Counted from the first letter of the stretch, positions 21,701 through 30,784 are shown. The stretch is 64,000 nt of DNA from Bacteroidota bacterium (GCA_028288625.1 JAQBNI010000024.1:7098-71097); one strand, 5' to 3'. Program-made: numbers and translations. The notes: generated by a model not told the origin, from the sequence alone.

Positions 21701-23162
21701 GTTGAAAGTAGATAAGCGCAGATTGCTGGAACCGGGAAATCCGAAGATCGATCCGATTATCCGCCCTGCCATGATGCTGCAAAGAGCTTCTTTCAGCTAT
21801 GATGTAAAACGTACAACGATCTTACCGGGTTTTATGCCGTCGCCGCTTTTATTTGGTGAAAGCTTTAGGCAACATGCTCCGGGCGCGGGATTTTTATTCG
21901 GCGGACAAAAAGACACGAACTGGCTGAATTCCGTGGCATCTCGAGGCTTGATATCAAGAGATACAACTTTAAATTACCAGTTCATACAAACCAAGCAGAA
22001 GACGTATAATTTAAAAGTTTCCCTGGAACCGTATAGAGATGTTCGCATCGATATCACTTTACAAAAAACGCAGGGAGAAAACTACAGTGAATTTTTTAAA
22101 ACAACTACCGCAAATGGCGTGTTCCAGCATTTAACGCCGCAGGTGAGTGGAAATATGTCAATGTCCTTCCTTATGGTGCGAACGATCTTTGGGAAAGTTG
22201 ACCAAAATAATTTCAGCGGTGCATTTTACAAATTCCAGGAACTGCGTGCTTTATATTCTCAAAAATTTGGCGAACAAAATCCGAATTCCATCGGCATTTT
22301 TAATCCGAATGATTCCACTTCGCTTCCAAACTTTAAAGAAGGATACGGTCCGTTTTCGCAGGATGTATTAGTGCCCGCATTAATTGCCGCCTACACCGGA
22401 AGAAATCCAAATAAAGTAAGGTTGAATCCTTTGAAACTATTCCCGTTGCCAAACTGGCGCATCACTTATAACGGTATCGCTAAAACGAAATGGGGAAAGA
22501 AATTATTTACGTCGTTCAATCTAACGCATGCATATAATGGAACCTTCAGCATCGGTTCGTATGTAACGAATTTAAATTATCTCAACACACCCGGATATTT
22601 TAATGAAGACCTGTATTATGTGCCTCAGCGAGTCGATTCGCTTTCCGGGAATTTTTATTCTTTATATTCTATACCACAGGTAAATATTGTAGAACAGTTT
22701 GCTCCATTGATTGGTGTGGAGGTCACATGGAAGAACAGCCTGATCACAAATTTCGAATTTAAAAAATCGCGTATGCTCGGGTTAAGCTTGCTGGATTACC
22801 GCTTAACGGAAACGCGCTCTACGGAATACGTTGCCGCTGTCGGTTATAAGCTCGCGAAATTTAAATTTCCTTTTAAAATAAAGGGAAAGCGGATCACACT
22901 GAATAATGATGTCAATTTACGCGCCGACTTTTCTTACCGCGACGACAAGACTGTGAATTACCGCTTAGACCAGAATATTGCGGAGCCTACGCGCGGACAA
23001 AAAACAATTTCGCTTGCAGCTACGATAGATTATATCGTGAACAATAAATTCAATGTGCGCGTCTTCTACGATTTCAGAAGAACAACGCCTGCAACACTTG
23101 CCTCTTACCCTACACGAACCCACCGCGGCGGTATTACCTTCAGGTTCTCCCTGACTCCATAA
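15774..23162 (+). CDS. sprA: type IX secretion system translocon SprA
   Basis: 2462 aa with signal peptide, directly after ruvA and before gcvH (conserved Bacteroidota synteny); motifs WDLMMKNVY, YVDDFEG, WGGIMR, EIWVNELR, EQFAPLIG. Confidence 0.95.
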   Translation: MRKNIYTSISTLLFFAILCSVQYSIAQTDTSHLRYPIQDRNTDFLLTQPSTNVDLKDPKIVDKKVEYDPKTNKFVVYEKIGNNYYKTPTYMTYDEFLEYSSRESEQNYFQQRSRAIDLAERKSKQPFLYQGPELFNRFLGGTKIEIKPQGSVDVTIGVNSQRIDNPVLLQNQRRNINFDFDMNIQLGLQASIGDKLKLGISYNTKSGFAFENQLKLAYKGKEDDIIQALEFGNVSLPLRSALIKGPQNLFGVKTQLKFGRLMITNILSQQKSKTENVRIENGAQTKKFEIKADEYEDNRHFFITQYFRDTYEKNLQRLPFVASQVVINKIEVWVTNKTRQTEEVREIVAFQDLGENTKLYNPAWLNGTTSAYPDNTSNNLYNIITRSPNAANFRDPSRAISFLEGNGMQAVDDFEKTSARKLATTEYTFNAQLGYVSLNQQLRPDEVLGVAIQYTVNGKLFQVGEFATDLPPLADTTKTKDQVLALKLLKATSVRTQEPIWDLMMKNVYSLNAYNVSPEQFYFDIYYIDPGGGQKRYLPDAGNISGIQLLKVLNLDNVNNQLDPQPDGRFDFIPGVTINPRNGKIYFPVLEPFGSALVNAIGNTSKSDLYAYRYLYDTTKTAAQQFPEFNRFVLKGSYRGTDNSTFRLPGAFNLPQGSVSVSAGGNLLKENVDYTVNYGIGEVIIINQGVLNSGIPIDIKFENNILFGVVNKSLLGTRLDYTVNKNFTIGLTHLRLAEKPFTQKVNFNDDPVKNNIIGLDVNYSTESKGLTRVFNKITSQDTKAASKVSVSAEAARFIPGHAKAINIDDAGTVYVDDFEGASTTFDLKGSFLSWSLASAPKGMPNTFGAEKFPEARISDSLVYGYNRAKLSWYSLDPVFQEDGNNNPLDPVIKQQTKENIYTRQFFEQDVFRNRENATITNPPLYTLDLSYFPDERGPYNYETTPTPYSRGVNASGRLNNPETRWGGIMRTIDGTSDFEAANIEFVQFWVLDPFAAVPGGDRKGNLYLQLGTISEDILKDGRKQYENGLPRPNAATTVDTSVWGKTPTITNALTNAFDADPDVIKKQDVGLDGLDDNEEKGYFSNYLSKLPTVVTAPDVLTKANADPSGDDYVFSRDARFGGNIGVIDRYKDFANTQGNSSNNLSGGNVNGNSKTQPDNEDLNNDNTLNETEEYFQYKVPFDLNSLATSSFIADKVGVPCATCPNDTGYWYQVKIPIKEFESRVGNISDFRSIRFVRMMLTDFDQPVTLRFAQFGLVRNQWRKYDLSLSNPGEQLPGDIGKITDFNVTSVSVEENTQRVPIPYATPPGINREQNISGYNNALQNEQSMSLQVCELEDGDARAVFKVTNLDLRNYKRLKMFTHAENFPGDRGSMFPIKDNDIHAFIRIGSDFTDNYYEYEIPLKVTLPGSYDPNSDRDRSIIWPDSNQMNVSLDSLTKVKQLRNQSNVSQILPFDVTMANGARISIKGNPDLGVASVFMIGVRNPKRIVGENDATDDGQSKCAEIWVNELRMAGFDEQGGWAALGRVDLQLGNLGNIILAGNIHTIGFGDLEQRLNQRYRDNYYQYDVAANLQLGNLLPEKVGLKIPLYTQFSQTISTPQYDPYELDVKLKDKFSVIDADPNLSKSDKKSLKDSIKHVAQDVTTIKSINVTNLQKVRTNPNKEPRVYDVENFNFTYAFTQTTKHNPIIEREVITKHRGSIAWNFAPKSLYWQPFKKLKNNSIHLKPVKEFNINLKPNNIAFRTDINRQYGSTKIRDIGNDGLKIDPTYDKYFTWDRFWSIKYSLTKSINLDFTATNHARIDEPEGALDTKAKRDTVRRNFWRFGRNTSYDHIFNASYNLPFQLFPSLDWINVKARYSATYSWLAAPLALESLGNTIRNGQDYQITADVNFKSLYQKSKFLKPYTQPENRKTKQEYADDFSKYQALNDQAKTRIIQKKEDIQRKIDEIEVAEKDTSKTKEEIKQLVNDKKQLKNDLRQLKVDKRRLLEPGNPKIDPIIRPAMMLQRASFSYDVKRTTILPGFMPSPLLFGESFRQHAPGAGFLFGGQKDTNWLNSVASRGLISRDTTLNYQFIQTKQKTYNLKVSLEPYRDVRIDITLQKTQGENYSEFFKTTTANGVFQHLTPQVSGNMSMSFLMVRTIFGKVDQNNFSGAFYKFQELRALYSQKFGEQNPNSIGIFNPNDSTSLPNFKEGYGPFSQDVLVPALIAAYTGRNPNKVRLNPLKLFPLPNWRITYNGIAKTKWGKKLFTSFNLTHAYNGTFSIGSYVTNLNYLNTPGYFNEDLYYVPQRVDSLSGNFYSLYSIPQVNIVEQFAPLIGVEVTWKNSLITNFEFKKSRMLGLSLLDYRLTETRSTEYVAAVGYKLAKFKFPFKIKGKRITLNNDVNLRADFSYRDDKTVNYRLDQNIAEPTRGQKTISLAATIDYIVNNKFNVRVFYDFRRTTPATLASYPTRTHRGGITFRFSLTP

Positions 23163-23241
23163 GGAAAACTTAGCGTCTTAATTTCTTTGCGCCTTTGCGT
23201 GAAATAAAAATAAAACATTACTTTCGTAGAAAATAAACACC

Positions 23242-23619
23242 ATGAATATTCCAGGCGATTTAAAATACTCTAAAGAACATGAATGGCTTCGGGTAGAAGG
23301 CGATACTGCAACGATCGGCATCTCTGAATTTGCACAAAAAGAATTAGGCGATATTATTTATGTAGATATAGATTCCACAGGAGAAACGATTGCAAAAGAT
23401 GGCGTCTTCGGAACGGTTGAAGCAGTAAAAACAGTATCTGACCTTTTTATGCCTGTTGGCGGAGAAGTGCTCGAATTTAACGAAGAATTGAAGAGCAAAC
23501 CTGAACTTGTGAATTCCGATCCTTACGGACAAGGATGGATGATCAAAATAAAAATTACAGATCCCGGTGAAATTTCACAACTCATGGATGGAGCTGCTTA
23601 CCAATCATTGATCGGCTGA
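23242..23619 (+). CDS. gcvH: glycine cleavage system H protein
   Basis: YSKEHEW, lipoyl-lysine motif [19 protein letters not shown]. Confidence 0.97.
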   Translation: MNIPGDLKYSKEHEWLRVEGDTATIGISEFAQKELGDIIYVDIDSTGETIAKDGVFGTVEAVKTVSDLFMPVGGEVLEFNEELKSKPELVNSDPYGQGWMIKIKITDPGEISQLMDGAAYQSLIG

Positions 23620-23623
23620 TCCG

Positions 23624-24016
23624 GTGAAGAATTCTTCTAACCTTTATTATAATATTCTAAAATATATTCCCGCCGTTTTATGGTCGGGAATTATTTTTAT
23701 TGTGTGCTTATTGCCGGGAAGCTCGCTCCCGAAGAATCCGTTTTTAGAGAAGATCCATTTCGATAAAATTGTACACTTCATCGTTTATCTACTGTTGTTT
23801 ATCCTTTTGATGTATGGATTGAAACAACAATTCCAAAAGAGAAAACAAATTTATATCGCTTCTCTTATTTGTGTCTCCCAGGGAATTATTATTGAATTTC
23901 TTCAAGGCTCACCACTTGTAAAAGGCAGAAGCTTTGAATTACTGGACATTGCTGCAAATGTAGCAGGAGTTATTGCGGGCATTATGCTGACTTCATGGAA
24001 ACATAAGACTAATTAA
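23624..24016 (+). CDS. VanZ family membrane protein
   Basis: DKIVHF, IEFLQ, GRSFELLDIAANVAG; follows gcvH. Confidence 0.85.
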   Translation: MKNSSNLYYNILKYIPAVLWSGIIFIVCLLPGSSLPKNPFLEKIHFDKIVHFIVYLLLFILLMYGLKQQFQKRKQIYIASLICVSQGIIIEFLQGSPLVKGRSFELLDIAANVAGVIAGIMLTSWKHKTN

Positions 24017-24052
24017 CTTTATTTTCTGCCCTATTTTTAATATGTTTAGTGT

Positions 24053-25855
24053 GTGAAGAAAATCCTGTTTATCCTTTCCTTATTCTTTTTCGTTTCGGCA
24101 AATGCGCAGGACGGAGACTATGATGCTTTTTTAGCGCGCCAGTTCTTACAAAATGGCGAACTGGAAAAAGCGGCAGAATATTATGAAGGCTTGTTTAACC
24201 AGCATCCGCAGGAATATTATGAAGAGTATTTAAAAGTGCTTGTACAATTAAAGCAATTTGATAAAGCCGAAAAAGTTATCAAAACTTTATACAAAGAAAG
24301 CAGCGATCCATTGTATTTACTCGATCTGGCGGATCTTTATTTACAGCAGAACCGGGAGAGTGATGCGGAAAAACAATTCAATAAAACGATCAAGGAATTA
24401 AAGCCCGATAAATATAATATCAACCAGGTTGCGCAGAAATTTATTAAGCTCAAGCAACTCGATTACGCGCAGAAAACTTATACACGAGGGAAAGAAATTT
24501 TAAAAGACAGGAACGCTTTTAATTTAGAGATCGCAAATCTTTATTTACTGAAGAATGATTTCCTGAGTATGATCAATGCTTACCTCGATGAAGCGCCGTA
24601 CCAATCCAATGATCTTACAGTAATTGAAAACGGATTGCAAAAAGGATTGATTGAAGAAAAAGAAAAAGATGCGTTAGAAAAAGAATTACTGAAAAGAATA
24701 CAGTCGGATAAATCTCAATTTGTTTACCAGGATATTTTAGTGTGGCTGTATATGCAGCGCAACGATTTCGACGGCGCGGTGCTGCAGGCAAAATCACTGG
24801 ACATGCTACGCAATGAAGACGGTGAAAATGTGATGCGTATATCAAAGACTGCTGCCGAGCAAAAAGATTTCGATGCCGCGATCAGAGGCTATCAATATGT
24901 GATCGATAAAGGATCAAAATATTCGTGGTATGTAACAGCAAACCTTGAAATGATCAATGTAAAACGTGACAAGCTCGTCAATTCTCCGAATTATAACAGG
25001 GAACAATTGTTGTCTTTAAAAGATACATACAAAGCGTTTATTCAAAATTATAATAACGATTATACGGTAACAAATGCGATCATAGAATTAGCGCAGCTCG
25101 AAGCGTTGTATATTCACGAGATCGATTCCGCTATTGAGTTGTTGATACCGATCACGGAAAACAACCGGCTTGCAAAAGATCTTTTGGCAAAATCAAAATT
25201 ATATCTTGGCGATTATTATTTGATAGCAGACCAGCCCTGGGAAAGTATTTTGTTGTATACGCAGGTGGAGAAAGAGCAGAAAGGAAATCCCGTAAGTGAA
25301 GAGGCGATGTTCAGAAATGCAAAACTGTCTTATTACAAGGGAGATTTTGAATGGGCACAAACACAGTTAAAAATTATCAAAGCTTCTACATCTGAATTAA
25401 TTTCAAATGATGCAATCGATCTTTCGGTTTTTATTTTAGACAACCTGAACAGCGATACAATAGATTATGCACTGCTGAAATTTGCAAAAGCGGATCTGCT
25501 GCGATACCAGAATAAGCTGGATGAGGCAGAAGATACGTTAAATGAGATCACTCAGAATTATAAGAGTTCCGCGCTTACTGATGACATCCTCTATATAAAA
25601 TACAAGATCGAAAAAGACCGTCAGCATTATGATAAGGCTGCCGGTTACCTTCAGCAAATTGCGGATAATTTTTCCACTGATATCTTAGGAGATAATGCCG
25701 TATTCTATTTGGGAGATCTCTATCAGAATTTTTTAAAAGACGATGAAAAAGCAAAAGGCTATTATGAAAAATTGATCCTCGATTATAAGGACAGCACTTT
25801 TGCCATTGAAGCACGTAAGCGCTACCGCAAGCTGCGAGGCGAGAATGTGAACTAG
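24053..25855 (+). CDS. exported tetratricopeptide repeat protein
   Basis: Signal peptide (ANA|Q), repeated TPR-like helices, conserved-looking C-terminus ISNDAIDLS...EARKRYRKLRG. Confidence 0.85.
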   Translation: MKKILFILSLFFFVSANAQDGDYDAFLARQFLQNGELEKAAEYYEGLFNQHPQEYYEEYLKVLVQLKQFDKAEKVIKTLYKESSDPLYLLDLADLYLQQNRESDAEKQFNKTIKELKPDKYNINQVAQKFIKLKQLDYAQKTYTRGKEILKDRNAFNLEIANLYLLKNDFLSMINAYLDEAPYQSNDLTVIENGLQKGLIEEKEKDALEKELLKRIQSDKSQFVYQDILVWLYMQRNDFDGAVLQAKSLDMLRNEDGENVMRISKTAAEQKDFDAAIRGYQYVIDKGSKYSWYVTANLEMINVKRDKLVNSPNYNREQLLSLKDTYKAFIQNYNNDYTVTNAIIELAQLEALYIHEIDSAIELLIPITENNRLAKDLLAKSKLYLGDYYLIADQPWESILLYTQVEKEQKGNPVSEEAMFRNAKLSYYKGDFEWAQTQLKIIKASTSELISNDAIDLSVFILDNLNSDTIDYALLKFAKADLLRYQNKLDEAEDTLNEITQNYKSSALTDDILYIKYKIEKDRQHYDKAAGYLQQIADNFSTDILGDNAVFYLGDLYQNFLKDDEKAKGYYEKLILDYKDSTFAIEARKRYRKLRGENVN

Positions 25856-25911
25856 TGTACCTCACATTCATTTCTATATTCTTCATATAATTGCTTATTT
25901 TTATCAGGAAG

Positions 25912-26457
25912 ATGGATTATAAAAACTGGTACCTCGTCCGCTTATTTCGTCAAAATAAGATCCTCTTTATTTTTGTTCTCCTGTTCATTTTTTTTCAGCT
26001 TTATTTCAATCAGAAACGCATTCATTCATTTCCATGGTTTGTATGGGATATGTATTCGCGCGAAGAATCTATGCCTGATACGGTTACGCAAACCGAAGTT
26101 TTTATTGATGGCAAACGGCTTGATGTAACACACATTCCTATCTGGCAGGAAGCAACCATTTTGCATACATACAAAATGTACAATTGGCAAAAGATGAACG
26201 GGGACAATGATCCCATAAATGATGAAGTAAAAAAACGCACGCGTTATTTTCCTGAAAGAGTTTATCATTTCGTTGCCTATAAGATCAACAACCATCCCGA
26301 AGAATCACAACAATACCCGGCATGGTTGAAAAACTATTTGGAAAAAAGATTGCATCAAAAAATTAATCATGTAGAGCTTAAAGATGTGCAGTATAAATAT
26401 GAAGGTGGAAAATTTAGGCAGGTAAATGCGTGGACCGTTTTAAAAATTGACAATTGA
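25912..26457 (+). CDS. hypothetical single-TM protein with FPWFVWDMYS motif
   Basis: Likely start ATG 25912; one TM helix; overlaps the next gene by 4 nt. Confidence 0.7.
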   Translation: MDYKNWYLVRLFRQNKILFIFVLLFIFFQLYFNQKRIHSFPWFVWDMYSREESMPDTVTQTEVFIDGKRLDVTHIPIWQEATILHTYKMYNWQKMNGDNDPINDEVKKRTRYFPERVYHFVAYKINNHPEESQQYPAWLKNYLEKRLHQKINHVELKDVQYKYEGGKFRQVNAWTVLKIDN

Positions 26458-27296
26458 AATTCTTCGATTTCCATATCAATAACAGGAATACTTACGCAAG
26501 ATGGGTATTTGGATTTTTCCTTTTGCTATTAATATATAGATGGCATAGTTCTACATTCTTGATCTATGCTTACGGCGCGCCAATGAAAGGTCCCGAAATG
26601 GATTATGCTTATTGGATAACTTTGTGCACAGGGCTTCCGCATTTCATCATACAGCATTATTGGGCGTGTCTATTTATAGATGTTGCAGTAGTGGCTTGCT
26701 CTATAGGTTGTTTTATTTCGGAGAAACATAGGCATGTTTTCTGCACGCTGCTGATCTTATTTTTTTTTATACAGCGCGTAACCATAGAAACATTTTCATG
26801 CTCTCACTCAAAAAGTATAAGCTGTGTATTTGTTGCGTTGCTGCCGTTTTGTTTTAAAAGTGATAAGAACTTTATGCTTGTACTTGAAGCGGGGCGATAT
26901 TTTTTAATTTATGTGATGGTTGCTTCCGCAATTCACAAGCTAACTAACGGTGCGCTAACCCATCCGTATAATTTTTCTACCGTTCTAATTAATCAGCATG
27001 TTGATCTTGCCACTTTAAATCCAAATCACATTTGTTATAGGATCGCTTCGAAATTAATTCAACATCCTGCATGGGCAGCGGCATCCTATATCATGCTTTT
27101 CATTTCACAAATAATTTTTATCGTTGGATTTTTTACAAAGCAATCTGACAGGTTACTTTTTATTTTCCTGTTCGCATTTGCAGTGACCACTTATTATATC
27201 ATGCGCATTTATAACTTTGATATCCTGATGCTCGGTTTTACCTTATTGTATTTTCCCGCGAGACATGGAACTTCTGTTAAACGATCTGCGTTCTGA
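26454..27296 (+). CDS. polytopic membrane protein, possibly HTTM/SdpB-like
   Basis: About 7 hydrophobic segments; Y-V-M-V-A-S-A-I-H-K-L resembles the HTTM YxxAGxxKL motif; TTG start coupled to the upstream stop. Confidence 0.55.
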   Translation: MKFFDFHINNRNTYARWVFGFFLLLLIYRWHSSTFLIYAYGAPMKGPEMDYAYWITLCTGLPHFIIQHYWACLFIDVAVVACSIGCFISEKHRHVFCTLLILFFFIQRVTIETFSCSHSKSISCVFVALLPFCFKSDKNFMLVLEAGRYFLIYVMVASAIHKLTNGALTHPYNFSTVLINQHVDLATLNPNHICYRIASKLIQHPAWAAASYIMLFISQIIFIVGFFTKQSDRLLFIFLFAFAVTTYYIMRIYNFDILMLGFTLLYFPARHGTSVKRSAF

Positions 27297-27348
27297 TATG
27301 GAATTATAAATGATAACTTTAGCGATTAATAATAAATAAGTAAAAAAA

Positions 27349-28041
27349 ATGAATGGAGTATATCTGATATCAATTATTATCATGGGCGTAAGCTGGTTTG
27401 TAAGCTTTACGATGCAGCGAAGATTTAAGCAATACGCACAAATACCAATAAAATTATCGGGGAAAGAAGTAGCGGATAAAATGCTGCGTGATAACGGCAT
27501 ATATGACGTGCAAGTTGTTTCGGTACCGGGCGCGTTGACAGATCACTACGACCCGATCAAGAAAACAGTCAATTTAAGCGATTGGGTTTACGCTCAGTCT
27601 AACGTTGCAGCTGCCGCAGTTGCCGCCCACGAATGCGGACACGCCGTACAGCATTCCGCAGCTTACACCTGGCTGAACCTTCGTTCTAAATTAGTTCCGG
27701 TTGTACAGGTAAGCTCAAATATGGTTCAATGGATCATTATGGGAGGATTTCTGGTATTGATTATCACTAAGGGTGCAATTCCCTGGATCCTGTTATTAGG
27801 TATTATCTTGTTTGCTATGACCACGATATTCAGTTTTATTACGCTACCCGTGGAATTTGATGCCTCCCGACGCGCATTAAACTGGATCGAATCCACTAAC
27901 TTATTACAGCCGGATCAATACGATAAAGCTAAGAACGCTTTAAAATGGGCTGCTTCCACCTATGTTGTAGCTGCATTGGGCTCGCTCGTTACCTTATTAT
28001 ATTATATATCGATCTTCTCAGGAGCCAGAAGACGAAATTAA
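27349..28041 (+). CDS. membrane zinc metallopeptidase (YugP/Zn_peptidase_2 family)
   Basis: LTDHYDP, AAHECGHAVQH (HExxH), LPVEFDASRRA, WAASTYV. Confidence 0.93.
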   Translation: MNGVYLISIIIMGVSWFVSFTMQRRFKQYAQIPIKLSGKEVADKMLRDNGIYDVQVVSVPGALTDHYDPIKKTVNLSDWVYAQSNVAAAAVAAHECGHAVQHSAAYTWLNLRSKLVPVVQVSSNMVQWIIMGGFLVLIITKGAIPWILLLGIILFAMTTIFSFITLPVEFDASRRALNWIESTNLLQPDQYDKAKNALKWAASTYVVAALGSLVTLLYYISIFSGARRRN

Positions 28042-28048
28042 TGCAGTT

Positions 28049-28081
28049 ACAGATTCCATCGCTTGAAGCGATGGAATCTGT
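28049..28081. repeat. 16-bp-arm palindrome with CCATCGCTT(G)AAGCGATGG core; may act as a terminator
   Basis: ACAGATTCCATCGCTT-G-AAGCGATGGAATCTGT; the same core occurs at 51624-51657. Confidence 0.8.
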
Positions 28082-28186
28082 CATCTATAAAAAAAGTTTG
28101 TCCATCCATAACCTCATCCTCAATGAGTTGTGTTAGATCAATATAAAATTTTCTCTCCGAAAGTTGGTAATTTGTTTTAAAAAAAC

Positions 28187-28194
28187 TACTTTTG
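28187..28194 (+). promoter_or_regulatory. Bacteroidota -7 promoter element of the rplM operon
   Basis: TACTTTTG about 38 nt upstream of the GTG start at 28233. Confidence 0.55.
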
Positions 28195-28232
28195 CAGTCC
28201 AATTTTTCAGGAAAACAAGAAAATTTTATATC

Positions 28233-28682
28233 GTGAACACATTATCTTACAGAACCAAAACCGTATCGCCGAAGGAAGTAAAGCGTAAATGGTACATTGT
28301 AGATGCGGAAAACCAGACTTTAGGACGTATCTCATCTGAGATCGCAAAGATCCTGCAAGGCAAAAACAAGCCCACTTATACTCCAAACATCGATACAGGA
28401 GATCATGTCGTGATCATCAATGCAGAAAAAGTAGCACTATCAGGAAAGAAATTAACCGATAAAGTTTACATCCGTCACACGGGTTACCCGGGCGGACAGC
28501 GCTTTATGACACCAAAAGAAGCATTCGCGAAAAAGCCTGAATTCGTTCTGGAAAACGCGATCAGCCACATGCTGCCGCGCACACGTCTTGGAAGAGCGAT
28601 GTTTAAAAAATTACATGTTTATGCAGGAACGGAACACGATCATGCAGCACAGAAACCGGAAGTTTTAAAATTCAACAAATAA
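28233..28682 (+). CDS. rplM: 50S ribosomal protein L13
   Basis: WYIVDAE...[28 protein letters not shown] start at 28233. Confidence 0.97.
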   Translation: MNTLSYRTKTVSPKEVKRKWYIVDAENQTLGRISSEIAKILQGKNKPTYTPNIDTGDHVVIINAEKVALSGKKLTDKVYIRHTGYPGGQRFMTPKEAFAKKPEFVLENAISHMLPRTRLGRAMFKKLHVYAGTEHDHAAQKPEVLKFNK

Positions 28683-28686
28683 TAAA

Positions 28687-29082
28687 ATGGCAAAAGAAAT
28701 TATCAACGGATTAGGTCGTCGTAAAACTGCAGTAGCGCGTGTTTACTTAAAAACAGGCGGCAAAGGCGTTTTTATCGTAAACGGAAAAGATATAAAAGAT
28801 TATATCGCTTTAAAACAATTACTGGATCGTGCTTTGAAACCATTGCACATGCTGGAAGCAATTTCAAAGTTTGATGTAACCGTAAATGTAAAAGGCGGTG
28901 GCATTAAAGGACAGGCAGAAGCGATCTCTTTAGGCATCGCGCGTGCATTAGTGAAAAATGATGAAACAGTGAAGCCTCTGCTAAAAACAGAGAACCTGTT
29001 AACGCGTGATTCAAGAATGGTAGAGCGTAAGAAATTCGGTAAGAAAAAAGCGCGTAAAAGCTTTCAGTTCAGTAAACGTTAA
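28687..29082 (+). CDS. rpsI: 30S ribosomal protein S9
   Basis: GRRKTAVARV, GGGIKGQAEA, RDSRMVERKK, QFSKR. Confidence 0.98.
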   Translation: MAKEIINGLGRRKTAVARVYLKTGGKGVFIVNGKDIKDYIALKQLLDRALKPLHMLEAISKFDVTVNVKGGGIKGQAEAISLGIARALVKNDETVKPLLKTENLLTRDSRMVERKKFGKKKARKSFQFSKR

Positions 29083-29106
29083 TCTCAAAAAAATTATAAG
29101 AATAAT

Positions 29107-29880
29107 ATGGCTAATAAATTATCTCAGCAGGAAATGTTGGATGCCGGAGTTCACTTCGGTCACTTAAAAAAGAAATGGAATCCGAAAATGTTACCGTATA
29201 TATTTATGGAACGCAAAGGGATCCACATCATTGACTTAAACAAAACGCAGGAAAAACTGGAAGAAGCTGCATCTGCACTTCGCTCTATTGCAAAGTCCGG
29301 CAGAAAAATATTATTTGTTGCAACGAAGAAACAAGCGAAAGAAATTGTTCAGGAAGCAGCAAAGCAAGTAAACATGCCCTTCGTTACCGAGCGTTGGTTA
29401 GGTGGAATGTTGACGAACTTCGTTACGATCCGAAAATCTATCAAGAAAAAACAAAACATCGAAAAGATGTTGGGTGATGGCGCATTGAATAATATCACTA
29501 AAAAAGAAAGGTTGATGTTAGGTCGTCAGCAGCAAAAACTGGATAAGGTGCTCGGTGGTATCGAAAATCTTCCGCGTATTCCTGCAGCTTTGTTTTTGGT
29601 AGATATCACACACGAGCATATCGCATTATCAGAAGCGAAAAACTTAGGCATCAAAACGATCGGCGTTGTGGATACCAACAGCGATCCTACAAAAGTAGAT
29701 TTCGCAATTCCTGCAAATGATGATGCGACAAAGTCGATCCAGCTGATCACTAACTATTTAATGGAAGCGATCAAGGAAGGATTGGCAGAGCGTAAGAAAG
29801 ATAAGGAAGAAGCTGAAACAAAAACAGAAACCGATGTTAAAGCAAGTGCTGAAGCCGGTGAGTACGATCAGCCGAAATAA
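29107..29880 (+). CDS. rpsB: 30S ribosomal protein S2
   Basis: AGVHFGH, WNPKM, RWLGGMLTNF, DTNSDP, PANDDA. Confidence 0.98.
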   Translation: MANKLSQQEMLDAGVHFGHLKKKWNPKMLPYIFMERKGIHIIDLNKTQEKLEEAASALRSIAKSGRKILFVATKKQAKEIVQEAAKQVNMPFVTERWLGGMLTNFVTIRKSIKKKQNIEKMLGDGALNNITKKERLMLGRQQQKLDKVLGGIENLPRIPAALFLVDITHEHIALSEAKNLGIKTIGVVDTNSDPTKVDFAIPANDDATKSIQLITNYLMEAIKEGLAERKKDKEEAETKTETDVKASAEAGEYDQPK

Positions 29881-29904
29881 TAGCAGCGGAATAATACAAG
29901 GGTA

Positions 29905-29938
29905 TTTTCAAATTTACTCATTTTCAAATTTTCAAATT
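29905..29938. repeat. octamer (TTTTCAAA)n repeat between rpsB and tsf
   Basis: TTTTCAAA TTTACTCA TTTTCAAA TTTTCAAA; close reverse complement of 42682-42712. Confidence 0.65.
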
Positions 29939-29944
29939 AATAAC

Positions 29945-30784
29945 ATGTCAACTGTAACTATAACAGCAGCAGAAGTAAATAAATTACGCCAGGAGACCGG
30001 CGCAGGTATCATGGATTGCAAAAAAGCATTGATTGAAACAAGCGGTGACTTTGAATCAGCAATTGATTACTTAAGAAAAAAAGGCGCGAAAATCGCAGCA
30101 AACCGCTCGGATCGTGAAGCAAATGAAGGCGTAGTGATCTCTTTAACAAGTGAGGATGGCAAATTCGGCTGTGCAGTAAACTTAAGTTCTGAAACGGATT
30201 TCGTTGCAAAGAACGAAGACTTCATTAACCTTGCAAAATCTATTGCGGATGTTGCATTGAAGAACAGGATCAAAACTTTAGACGAGCTTTTAAATGCAGA
30301 TTTAGGCGGCGTTCCGATCAAGGATAAGTTATTGGATACTGTAGCAAAGATCGGAGAAAAAATAGAAGTGAAAAAATACGCAGTGCTGGAAGGTGAAGGC
30401 GTGGTATCTTATATTCACATGGGATACAGAATGGGTGTTTTGGTTCAATTGAATAAATCATTGAACGATGCAATCAGTGTAGCGGGCAAAGATGTCGCGA
30501 TGCAAATTGCTGCGATGAATCCTGTGGCTGTTGATGCGAGCGGTGTGTCTGATGAAATGAAATCAAGAGAAAAAGATATCGCTCGTGAAAAAGCGATCGC
30601 GGCTGGAAAGCCTGAAAACATTTTAGATAAGATCGCTGAAGGAGCGGTAAATACCATGCTGAAAGAAAATACATTGCTGCCGCAACCTTTTGTAAAGGAC
30701 GGAAGCAAAACAGTGGATCAGTATTTAAGATCTGCAGATAAAGATCTGACGGTAGTAGCTTTTAAGCGAATCACGTTATCATAA
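29945..30784 (+). CDS. tsf: elongation factor Ts
   Basis: LRQETGAGIMDCKKAL, SETDFVAKN, AMQIAAMNP. Start moved to ATG 29945. Confidence 0.97.
   Translation: MSTVTITAAEVNKLRQETGAGIMDCKKALIETSGDFESAIDYLRKKGAKIAANRSDREANEGVVISLTSEDGKFGCAVNLSSETDFVAKNEDFINLAKSIADVALKNRIKTLDELLNADLGGVPIKDKLLDTVAKIGEKIEVKKYAVLEGEGVVSYIHMGYRMGVLVQLNKSLNDAISVAGKDVAMQIAAMNPVAVDASGVSDEMKSREKDIAREKAIAAGKPENILDKIAEGAVNTMLKENTLLPQPFVKDGSKTVDQYLRSADKDLTVVAFKRITLS

Noticed and set aside
23165..23205. CTTAGCGTCTT..CTTTGCGCCTTTGCGTGA octamer-like repeat after sprA
   Set aside because: Possibly a single-arm remnant of another short-period repeat, but too short and with no inverted partner to support a call.
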